In this document: piece by piece, positions 1 to 10,800 of the stretch
How the letters are laid out: every line of letters starts with the position of its first letter
Numbering within the stretch: the first letter of the stretch is position 1
Assembly (NCBI GenBank): GCA_965235115.1
Contig: OZ249436.1
Location: 28,026,001 to 28,090,000 of the forward strand
DNA: 64,000 bases
From: Laetmonice hystrix
Lineage: Eukaryota
Reading direction: 5' to 3'
Notes under the pieces: model-generated
What the model was told of the DNA's origin: nothing
Database searches by the model: none
Seen by the model: the letters and a program-made list of their open reading frames with translations, nothing else
Position numbers and translations under genes: made by a program

Positions 1-2319
1 CTATGGACCATTTCTGTATATTTACAAAAGCTTGGTAATTTACCCAACATACACAGGGATGGTATAGCAGCCTATATAATATACCAATCAAACATTGTTT
101 ACAAATGGGCGATGCCTTAAACCAATCACCTCACATGGTATCTACATAACCCAGCTCTCTGAAAAGTCAATGCAAGCCTGAATCAGATACAAATAGTTTA
201 ACCCTCAAGGACTTCCAGTGAAAGTCTCTCGCAGGTGGATTTAAATTGCCAGGCTCTCCTGCTGCTCATTAGACCTGCCCTTCGCTACTCTATACTGTAC
301 AACGCCCTTTACACTTCCGTATAAACTTGGCTGAGGACTTTTTTCAATTAGCGAGATAGGGCCGTGACGTGAGAACACATTATTTCCGCTTGGTGGCCGT
401 TGGAAACAGTCTCAGCGGACCCATGTCTCAGCGGACGAAGACCTAGCAATGACACGGCCCTGTGATTGGGGCGCCTGAGATCTTGGCACCAACTTTACAC
501 GTACACCTTCTGGCGTTACTCCAAGTGCATCGTGCCTGTGAATCGATGCCTGAACCCTTTGTTCTCCCCGGCGCCGGTTGTAAATGTTTGTTTAATTACC
601 TGATGGGCCAGGATCATTAAAGCATCCATCAGTCTAACCCTTCTGTAGTATCTATTAGAGAATTCAGCAACTAAGGAGTGCTGTTCTTGTGAAGTGCCAA
701 AAATGAGCTGAAGTAACAATAAGAGGAAACAATTTTGTTTTTTAACTAATCACTGTTAATTATCGATTCCCTCCTTTCCGTTCGATTTATTTTTTTTAAG
801 TAAAAGGTCTACAACGGAAATCAGTAGGAAATGCTTTAAGTGAGAAGAACTCTTCACTTGATAAATTTAAGAGGGTGGCCGCTTAGCCTGAGTAACATCG
901 CGACTTGGTGAATTCGATAGTATGGATTCTGTTCTCATGCCAAGGAAGCTACCAACTGTGAACACTATTGAAAGAGAAGAACACAAGTTTCGAAGTTAGG
1001 AAACTTCCTGCTTGATTAACATTAAATTTTATAGTCTGTGTGTCGATCTATGGCCCGTATTTACGGAATTGAATTTTTTACTTTCGTATTTCCATTACGA
1101 ATTTCTTTACTTCTCCATAGGAAAGTCTAAAGCAAAACACTTCTAAAATTTTACCCCCCCCCCCCCCCCCCGCCTTCATTTTATCGGAGCAGCTTGTGTT
1201 GCAGGTTACAAGGATAGGCTGACACCAAGTCCGAAAGTCTTCTTTGAATCCATCGCTGACCCAAAGATGTCTTTCTGGAAGCCTCTTGATTGGCTGAGAG
1301 ACTCCCAAAGACTTTGGAATGACTTCTTTCTTTATATGCACACAGACTCGAGCATGGTCGCTGCTTACATCGTTGGTTTCACGACAACTGTCATCTCTCA
1401 CCTTCATGTCTAAAAGGAGAGATGAAAAGCCAATCATTAATCAATGAATTGTGCTGAGGCCTTAGAAGAGTAAAAATAAAAGACAGCACCGGGTCAATAA
1501 GAAATCGTAGCCACCTAAAGCAGTCGCTTGGTACGAAATGACCTACAATCTTTTGCGTGATTCTCCAAGAGAAATTAGAATAACAGTACTACGTTGCAGA
1601 TATGAACTTCTTGGTGAATGGACCTCATAAGAAAGAATATTTTGTAGCCGAATGGGTTCAGGCACGCACCCTTCACTATCTTGTCAGATGTCTATAATAT
1701 AAATCGTATTCCATCTCGTCGTCGCAAAATGATGAAACTTTTCTTGTAATCCAAAGGTCGCATAAAGTCAATATCAATGGTGTTTTATTATTCTGTCTTT
1801 CAATTTCCGGGGTGTCGTTAACTTGCCCATGAACAACACATAATGTTCACTTAGTGTTAGGTATCCACAGAGAGTCTTGTGTTGATTTAACGTCGAGTCA
1901 TAATGAGAAGGTTATGTTCCTAGTTCTCGTTCGCCCATTCATCTGTAACCTTTCTACTTTGACCTTTCAGGTGTGATTTGGACGCCTGAAGGATGTACCT
2001 GTCAGTAAAGACGCTGTTGATGGTATACATGGGTCTATTCGTTACCACTATATGTACAGCATCTAAAGCCAGTAAGTACTTTGATATAATGCTGTCTATA
2101 TGAGTACATCGTCTAAAGCGAATAGGTATAACCTTTTGTGTAATATATCGATTATGTGTACAAGCAGGAGCTAGGCGTGCCGGTTTAAAGGAAGGACCCC
2201 GAAAAAAGGGAACGATTCAAGATATTAATACTATTCAGTTGACTCTATATTATAGAGTCAACTACCGTAACTGAACGGCACCGAATAAAAATGAGATGTA
2301 GCATCGAGACCATTCGGAA

Positions 2320-3780
2320 CAGGGGCGCCGCTGCCTATTTCAAAGTGGGGGGGACAATCTTGGTGTGATTGACCTTTCCCCCCCAGATTTATGTACCATA
2401 AGAATTGCAAAATAACAGTGTATTCACCCCCCCCCCGGGGGCGGATCCAAGATTTTTTGTTGCAGGGGGGGGGGGGTCAGAAGGTGCCCGCGCCGAGGGG
2501 GGGGGGGCTCCGACTGAAAATGTTTGGGAATATAAAAGGCCATAGATGCTATTTTCCGGCTTCTCAGCATCAAACTAAAGAGCTTTTGCTAAAAATTAAT
2601 GTATTAATCAGTCAGGGATTCAGGGGGCTTGCCCCCCTTAGATATTGGGGGAGGAAGAACAGCCAATATCGCGTTGATCCCCCGTCAACACTGTATAATG
2701 TTGTATTGGAATAAAAAAAAAATCTTCCTTTTTTGTATGAAGATGTATTACTATTAGTACAGTTACAATGAAATCATGCCGAGCGTAGCGAGGCTAAATT
2801 TTTTTTTAGGTGGGCCCCACCTGGCCCTTGACATCACAAGAAACAGTATCAAGCAATATTTATCAGAAGCAAAAACAGTTGACGATTAAGCCTAAAACAC
2901 ACTTTTACCAAATAAAATAGAGACTGTCCCCATCCTATACTTGCCACTCTCTATTCTACCACACTAGGCCTAGTAAAAAATTGGTAAACCTCACTCATTA
3001 ATAATAAATGAATACATGGCCTAACGCTGTCAGACAATAATTAAAGCGTGGCCTAGATTTTCTAGAGCTAAATAATAGACCTGAATATTCAGGTCTATGA
3101 GCTAAACAAGAGACGGTACAGGGGCAGATCCAGCTTTTTCAAGTAGGGGGGGGTCCAACGTTTTTAGGGGGGCAACCGGAGTGACTGTACGAGCACCGAA
3201 GGCCCAAAGCCTTGCTAAGGGGTCCGGGGCATGCCCCCGGAAAATTTTCAAATTCAAGGTGTAATTTAGTGAAATCTGATGCATTTTGGAGCACAAAATA
3301 AGCTATTTAAAGACCAATGATGTCAAAAGTCTTATGTAGCCCTACAATGCCGTGAGGCGCCATTAACGGCAGGAGGGGCGCCATGAAACTTTAGAGGGGT
3401 CCAGACCCTATGTGACCCCCTCCCCTGGATCCGCCAGTGTGGTAGGACTGAGGTACACAGGAAAGCTGCAGGGGGCCTGGGCCGCGGTTAGGCCCATATT
3501 AATTATAGAAGAGCAAAGCATAGACCTATCTCCTAAACACATAGGCCTAGGCCTAGGCCTATATTATAGGCGAAAGCCAAGATTAAAAATGATCAAAATC
3601 TATCTTAAATTTGCCTCCCATGGGCCATTGACCTTAAAAAGCAGGCATAGGGAGTATAAGAAGACCTGTAGATCTATTAGGCCTAGCGTCAACTTCAGGG
3701 ACCCTTTGACCTTTTTAGGTCGCCAGCAAAAGTGGGGGGGACATGTCCCCCCCCCGTCCCCCCCGGCAGCGGCGCCCCTG
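2320..3780. mobile_element. Non-autonomous DNA transposon with CAG...CTG ends and 5-bp TSD, carrying nested MITE(s)
   Basis: 16-bp TIR CAGGGGCGCCGCTGCC / GGCAGCGGCGCCCCTG; CGGAA immediately on both sides; nested CAGGGGCAGATCC...GGATCCGCCAGTG element at 3119-3439. Confidence 0.85.
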
Positions 3781-4775
3781 CGGAATATTTGTCTTTAATA
3801 CAATCAGAAGAAAGAAATAATGAACTTTGTCTGCAGTTGCCGTAAGTAGATGTTGGAAGTGGGACCTAGCTGAAGATACGATAACATAGCTTAAAGATCT
3901 AAATCTAAAACATAATCTAAAATACCAATGGAGCACTTCCCTCCATAATGCTGGGACCATTGCAAATATTGCAGTAACGAACTCGTATTCGTTTTCAATA
4001 CCATCCTATATATTGATACACTTTATAATACTGATTGTCCACTCGGCTCCTAAAGACTATATCGGTTCGCATACACATTTGCCGCCCACCGGGATATAGA
4101 TCTATAGCTAGATATACTGTACTGTGCTTATTTCGTATGCTAATCTCCGTCTAGGCTGTGAAGGGGTGAGCCTAAAAAATGAAGCTAGACGGCTAGAGTT
4201 GCCGACACTCCCTTCTGTGGGAAACAACAACTTACACTTATCTCTGATCTTCTAGAGGATCACGTCTCTCTTGGCTCATAATTGAAAGTCTAAATAGTCC
4301 TTATTGTCTTCAGGGGTGAACAAAGAAAAGCATGTACAATGCGAAATATGATATCTAACATGATGGCAGTAGTCGCTTCGTCTCTTCCGAATACTCATGA
4401 ACACAATGACACTCCAAGTTCATGACTTTCTTCCAGTGTTACATTTGTAAAAAAAAAACAAGACAAGACTATCTCTTCTTAGTCCTGTCCGGGATGTAGG
4501 TGATCGTTTTTTTGTCCATCTGTCTCTGTGTTCCAGCTGGCGTGTTCAGGAGAAAGGGCAAGTGTATTCATCAAACTCTGTGTTTCATGTCGTCTGCCAT
4601 AATGTTGTCATTATTTTGTTGGAAGTATTCTTCGACATTCGAAGACAGAGTTCATTCCTTTTGTTCTCTGAGTAGGTCATGTGGTCATGTTTGTGTTTGT
4701 CTGGATGCTTAGGGAGCTACTTCATTGGTTTTCTTGGGTTGATCACCGTCATGGAGCACTTATAGTGTAGGCCCT

Positions 4776-4851
4776 ATGTATTCACATAATATTACAAATG
4801 TTTCCTTTGTTATTGTGATTCGTGTAGTGATGATCACAAATGGTGTCAAAG
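4776..4851 (+). CDS. Tentative nAChR first coding exon (signal-peptide-like MYSHNITNVSFVIVIRVVMITNGVK-)
   Basis: ATG at 4776, hydrophobic stretch, donor AAAG|GTATTA in phase 1 matching the downstream phase-1 acceptors. The signal peptide is not textbook and other first exons cannot be excluded. Confidence 0.4.
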
Positions 4852-7800
4852 GTATTAGTATATTATAGGCAACCACTTCACCACTGATTGCTTACAACAC
4901 CTTTTGTATTCCCAGTAGGTATAGGGTGGAGCTGTGTTACCTCGTCTGTGCGTAATAAAGTGTTATACAAAAGGATAATACAAACATATATAACGGAATG
5001 AGGGTCCTTCACGACGCGAAAGTATGGAACGAGATGTCTGGCGCATGAATACGGCACGACACCGAAGATGGAGTGCCGTATTCATGCGCCAGGCATCGTG
5101 TTCCATACTTTCCCGCCGTGTAGGAGCCGAATCCCGTTAAGTGTTTATTATATGCGCTTGGATTATTTCTAATTTAAGGAAAACTACTTTAAGGAAAGGC
5201 TTCCAGCACCGTAAGTTGGAAATTCGGGAGGTCATCCAGTTCAAGCCCTATTTGAAACATCAGAAAGTTTTATATATCGTTCTAGTAATAATAGTGTGAG
5301 GAGATTAATTAATATTTATGTAAACCTGAATGTCATAACAAATCAAGCCTTATTTCATCGTTATAAGTAGCATTATTTTAGAGTTCTGCTGCTCAAAAAG
5401 TTTCTACTGGCCGGGTATAGGGAGCGTAAGTCTCGCGACCGAAAACGAGGTTCGATCTAACTAGGTCAGACCGCTGGCGACATGCAACTTCCGTTACGTC
5501 ACAATTCCCCACTGGTTTAACATAGGGCGAGCGTACACCTCTCCAACCATCGGCCTTTCTTTTGACAATTAAATATTTCTTAAGTATGAAGTGTATTTTT
5601 TCTAACATAAGAGATGTTGGTTCTGATGTATAGCACGTTTGATAACAAGAAGAACAGTAATTGTGGAGTTATCAGTTAGAACGTTTTTTCAAACGCCTAC
5701 CAATGCTAAATGAACGGAACCGGAATTTGGCTGGCGCCAGTTTGGGCCTCCAAACCGCATTTCTCGTCGATTGTGACGTGACATACTTACGCTCCCTATA
5801 GGGACGACGTGCAGTAGCCTACAGCCAAGGATTATGGGAGAGTACTGTATTCATAACTATCAGGAGTCTCACTAAAAGAAACACATCTCTGGAGACCTGA
5901 CGCCGTGGGCAATATTTCTGGGTACTACTTTCATATATAGGTCGTCGCGACATATTTTGGGGATAAGCGCTGCGAGGTAGAATGAACACAAAATTTGATG
6001 TTTTTAAAATACGTTTTTGATGGCTTCAAATGGTCGTACGAAAAAGAATAATTGAATCTAGTTATTAAATTTCATACTGTACCAGAGCCAAATATGTATA
6101 GTTTCTTTTGCAATAATTTCCATGTGAATTGATTAATTATTCCTACCGCGGGCGCGTTTTGAAGCACCTGAGGTCAGAAAAACTAAGCTTTTACTCCCCG
6201 ACTTACGCTAGTAAAGCCAGGAATCCATGTGTACGTAGTGTGGTCGTGATGGTAATGCGTACTGCGTAGTGCCTAATGCGTATTCATCAAAATCAATGAA
6301 AACAAGTTGTAGTGATTCCATGTCTGCGAAATGCGTGTTTTCATTGTTTTGATTACGCAATACGCACTACGGACACATGTATTCCTGGCTTTACGGTACA
6401 CATCTGTAATTTATAATACATGTTCCTGGACTTCTGTAGGGCCCCATAGTTAACGTCGCGTCACCCCGAAACGTGTACAATCAAATCAGTCCGTGTGGAA
6501 CACGCATTCCATACGGACCACTATATGGCACCCCCCCCCCCCTGAATGGCACTGGCAGATAGAATGCGCATATAATAACAATGAAGACTTGGCGTATTAT
6601 GAGGCGTTGATTCGCCATTCTGTCGCTCCCTTATACCCTAGTCACACTAGAGGCGGAATGAACCGGAATGCCGTCGGAATGAAAGTTCTTTGTACATTCC
6701 TGGATATTCGAAGTGAATTCTAAATATTCTGACTGCATTCTGAGTGCATTCCAAATATTCGGGCCCATTCTTGTTGGCGGCCCGAATGTTTTGCTCATGC
6801 TCAAAACTTTCGAGGTGCATTCGAAGTGGAGAAATATCGAACGGCATTCGAAGTGTATTCTAAATGCACTCTGACTGCATTCTAAATATTCTTACGGCAT
6901 TCCAACAGCATTCAAAACATTCTGATCGCATTCGAGGAAAAATCGAAAAGGCAAGCCACTTCAAATCCTGCCAGAATGTCCCGAATGAGCCTCGAATGAG
7001 TCGGAATGCACCTCGAATGCATCTCGATTGCTGCCGGAATCTATACTCGGGACATTCTAAGTACATTCGAAGTACATTCCAAGTATTTCAACTGCATTCT
7101 GTTTGAATTCTTGGACGTTCGAACCATATTCGGCTGCCATTCTGGGAGCGTTCTGACTGCATTCGAGGTGAATTCGTACAGCATTCGAGGCACTTTCCAA
7201 CTAGACTTCGGGCGGTATTTGGACAGCAATCGAACCGCACTCGTACGGCATTCGAGGTGCATTCTAAATATTCTGACTGCATTCTAACAACATTCTAAAT
7301 ATTCCTACTGTGTTACAACTACATTCAAACTGCATTCGAGAGCTAATACACCCAGAATGTGCAAGAATCATTCGAGGCGGGTTCGAAGCGCATTCTAAGT
7401 ATTCGAACGGCATTCTTACAAAGCTGTAAGAATTTTGGTCAATTTGAAATTTGCTGCTGAATGTGGCGCAAATTTTGAGTATTCTTCATTTCGGCTGGTT
7501 CTGCTTGATTCCTGCTGATTCCGAATAAGTGTGACGGGGGTATAAGAAACGGGTGTAAAAGGGTACTGATGAAAATAGGGAGCACTGTCTTCAATTGAAT
7601 TAAACTTGATGAGTGCGGGAGATGTGTTTGCATCCAGAAGTCACAGAAATGGTGAAGCATAAAAGATGACACGCTTGTACCAAGTGAGCACCAGTGGGCA
7701 GAATGCAACTAAATGGACCTGATTAGCGTTGAATGTGGTTTACATATTGTGGTTTACATACTTTTCTGGTCTCACTGAGGTAACACAGTTTCAACGATGC

Positions 7801-10800
7801 CCATTTAGGATAATATAAACCCGTTGGAAGAACATTAACTTGTCTTATCGTAAATATGTTAATGATTTATGTCAATTTAACTGAATGCCATTTAAGTTGA
7901 AATATCGTCCTTTCATGTTGTCCCGGAACATGTCGTTCATGTAGTCACTGTGGGAAACAGCGTTTTCTCCACATGCCTGCTCGATATATCTCCTTCGTAT
8001 TCAATCATGATAACGCCAAACAAAAGGCAAAAAAATCCGTGTGGCATGGCTGTCAATTTGCTCGTTGATCCTCTGTGCCGTGTCTCATCATAGCAATACT
8101 CATATTGACGGGAAGCTGAAGATAAAACTGTCATATCTTCATCGTGTCAATAGTTTATCTTCCATCCATACAAAACTTCTCGTTAACATCAGCCTGTATT
8201 TATTAATACCAATCTGGGTAAAACGGACAGTTGTAGGCGGCAGTGGGTTTCCATACTGATATCTAATTAGTTCTAATTGCCAATAAGGATGACAGACATG
8301 ATCTTTTACTAATTTCACTTTCCTTGTAACTCACTTTTCTTACTCTACTATGTAAATCGTAGGAGGGAACAGGATGAACCAACAGAAACATCTGCTCAAT
8401 AGAAACCAACAAGGCGGTTCAAGGGGCCGTACCATTGGTATTGTCGATGGTAAGACATCTTTCACCCAGCCAATCATTCCATCGCTCGTGCATTCTCGAT
8501 GAACATTATAAATACTTCTACCTTATAGCATTCTTACCGGTTTTGTCCTTGTATTCATTAACGTTTTGAAGAACAAACAAAAATCACATTTTCTCGAGTC
8601 TTAAATTTTGATAGTTTTATTAAACTTTTATTCCATGCATGGTTAATGAATTGCCATGGTATATACAAAAGTACAAGTTAACATATTTTCACATAATAGT
8701 TGTTTAACCTATACATAAAGCCACGTGTGAGGAACCTAGCATGCCTGCATGACTTTACTATCTATTCAAGAATCTATTTTAAGGTCAATTTCTCTTATAT
8801 CCATGGTATGGGTAATCTTCTCTTCCCACTACCCAACGTATACGTAATGGTCTGTTGTTTTTCTTTATTAACACATATTATCCGAACATTATCTATCTGT
8901 GTTCAATTTTATTTTAACTCGCTAACTATTGTAGAGTGCTGCGTCCCAGACGAGCAGAGATTGATGGCCCAACTACTTGTCCACTACGAACCCGCGTCCC
9001 GCCCCGTTTTTAATGCTTCTCATGTTGTTACGGTCAAATTCGGTTTGACCCTGACCCAAATATCCGACATGGTAAGTTGCACAGAAAATGCTGATGACGT
9101 CACGTAGGTGTCCACCAATAGGATCAGGTCGCACGGTGGCATGTGGCACGAGCCTGCCAGTGTTACAGCAGCCGGTGGGGTGCGTTTCTTCCAGCACGCT
9201 TACAGTCTGCACACTACCGAGCTTCATTTCTTTCCCAGTTGTTTATTTGTATTTTATTTCCTCACCTGTCTCTGTCTTGCTGTTACTGCATGAATATAAG
9301 TTTGCATGAAGTCGTCCAAAAACGATGTCGTTTGGGGATGGCCGCTTAGCCCTAGAAAATGCACCTTTTGGTGGAGGTAGGCAACCATATGGAAATATGG
9401 AAAAACGCATTTATAATCTGTTACTAAAGTGCTGAACCCACCAAGGCGATTCCCCTTGCGACGGCCATGCGATTTTTGATTTAATGGTGGAATTTCACTC
9501 TGAAATTTTTCCTGGCTGGCCTTCTCTGTTTCAGGAAATGGGTTCCATCCTTTAATCTCAAAAGTACAGTAAAATAAAAGGGTGCTGTCAAAATCGCATG
9601 GGCGCCGCAAGGGGAATCGCCTTGGTGGGTTCAGCACATAATGGTAACTTATTGACCGAGTGTGAGAAGTTCCCTTTTCATGTAAATGTATATAGAGTGC
9701 TTTATCCGTCCGAAGTTTTATGTGCCTACGAAATCGTTTTGGTCTCCAAAAATACAGTTCAACCTACATCGTCCAGGGCTAGAGCGGCCATCTTCAAAGC
9801 ACCATCACATACTGGCTATACAAGCGTAACCATTCGTTTTGTCTGTACGGCGCCTCTTGTTGTTTGTAGCTCACCTGATTAACAGTGGCGGCAACAAAAA
9901 GGTGAAACTGCCAGACGAACAGCGGCTCCTGAGGAACATACTCTACAATTATGATACTGCCGCCCGACCCGTGTACAATGCCTCCCATACTGTCACTGTT
10001 CAGTTTGGTTTAACCCTGACGCAAATAGCAGATATGGTATGTAGAATGCTTCTTTTGTTATGTTGACCTTTGTTTCTTTTCCTCCAGCCAACTTTCTATG
10101 AACGCCCCGCTCTCTATGTGTCTTCTCAGATAGACCGACAACGTGTATTGTTCAGTCCGTGCACTCTACAGCATTCCGGTATCTGCAACATAGGTTTATA
10201 ATGTTTGTTCGTTCTGTCAACTGCCTTTGAAAAATTTCTGTTTTTTTCAGTATTGAAACTTCTTATTTTTTGAAAACTGCGTCGATCTCTTTTTAGTCAA
10301 TCAGCCAGACATAACCGGCTTTGTCTGCATATGGTCATGCTGATCTAATAACAAAATCTGATCTGCATTTTTTACAAGTAATTTGGAAATGCCTCTTTTC
10401 CTACTACTTTGTAATTAGTTATTGCTGTATTTATCTATATCATTAGTAAATATACCATTTTCTGTAGGCCCTATAGTCACAAGTGTTAACATACTTTTCT
10501 TTTAAAGCGTTCTGTTAATAATACTTGAATTTCGACTCATTCAAATATTAGGCCTGTACTTAGACTATGTACCTGATAATTTATGCGTTTCAAACAGTCT
10601 GCACAATGCTTCACTGCAGACCCTATCGGGACCACCCACTACCCCTGCTGAAGTCTCCCTACTTGCGGTTTTATTCAACCATTTATTTGCATATAATTAT
10701 GTATTAGGTTTATTAGTAGTGTATTTACTTTTTCATTTATTCAAAAAGTAGTAAGTACCTTTGAATCTCTGCATGTGAACGTTTAGGACAGACCGCTGCA

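Noticed and set aside
1..260. Possible LINE endonuclease remnant on the minus strand (LIGILYR)
   Set aside because: Single short motif among stop codons; insufficient evidence.
6647..7287. Cluster of overlapping 64-93 aa ORFs on both strands
   Set aside because: Generated by the CATTCGA-rich interior of the 6631-7545 transposon.
8041..8259. Signal-peptide-like ORF (AWLSICSLILCAVS)
   Set aside because: Starts at GTG with an in-frame stop upstream and no ATG in frame; no convincing donor.
9108..9293. Hydrophobic ORF end (FFPSCLFVFYFLTCLCLAVTA) as a private signal-peptide exon for exon B
   Set aside because: Ends in TGA with no phase-1 GT donor; the hydrophobicity reflects a T-rich intronic tract.
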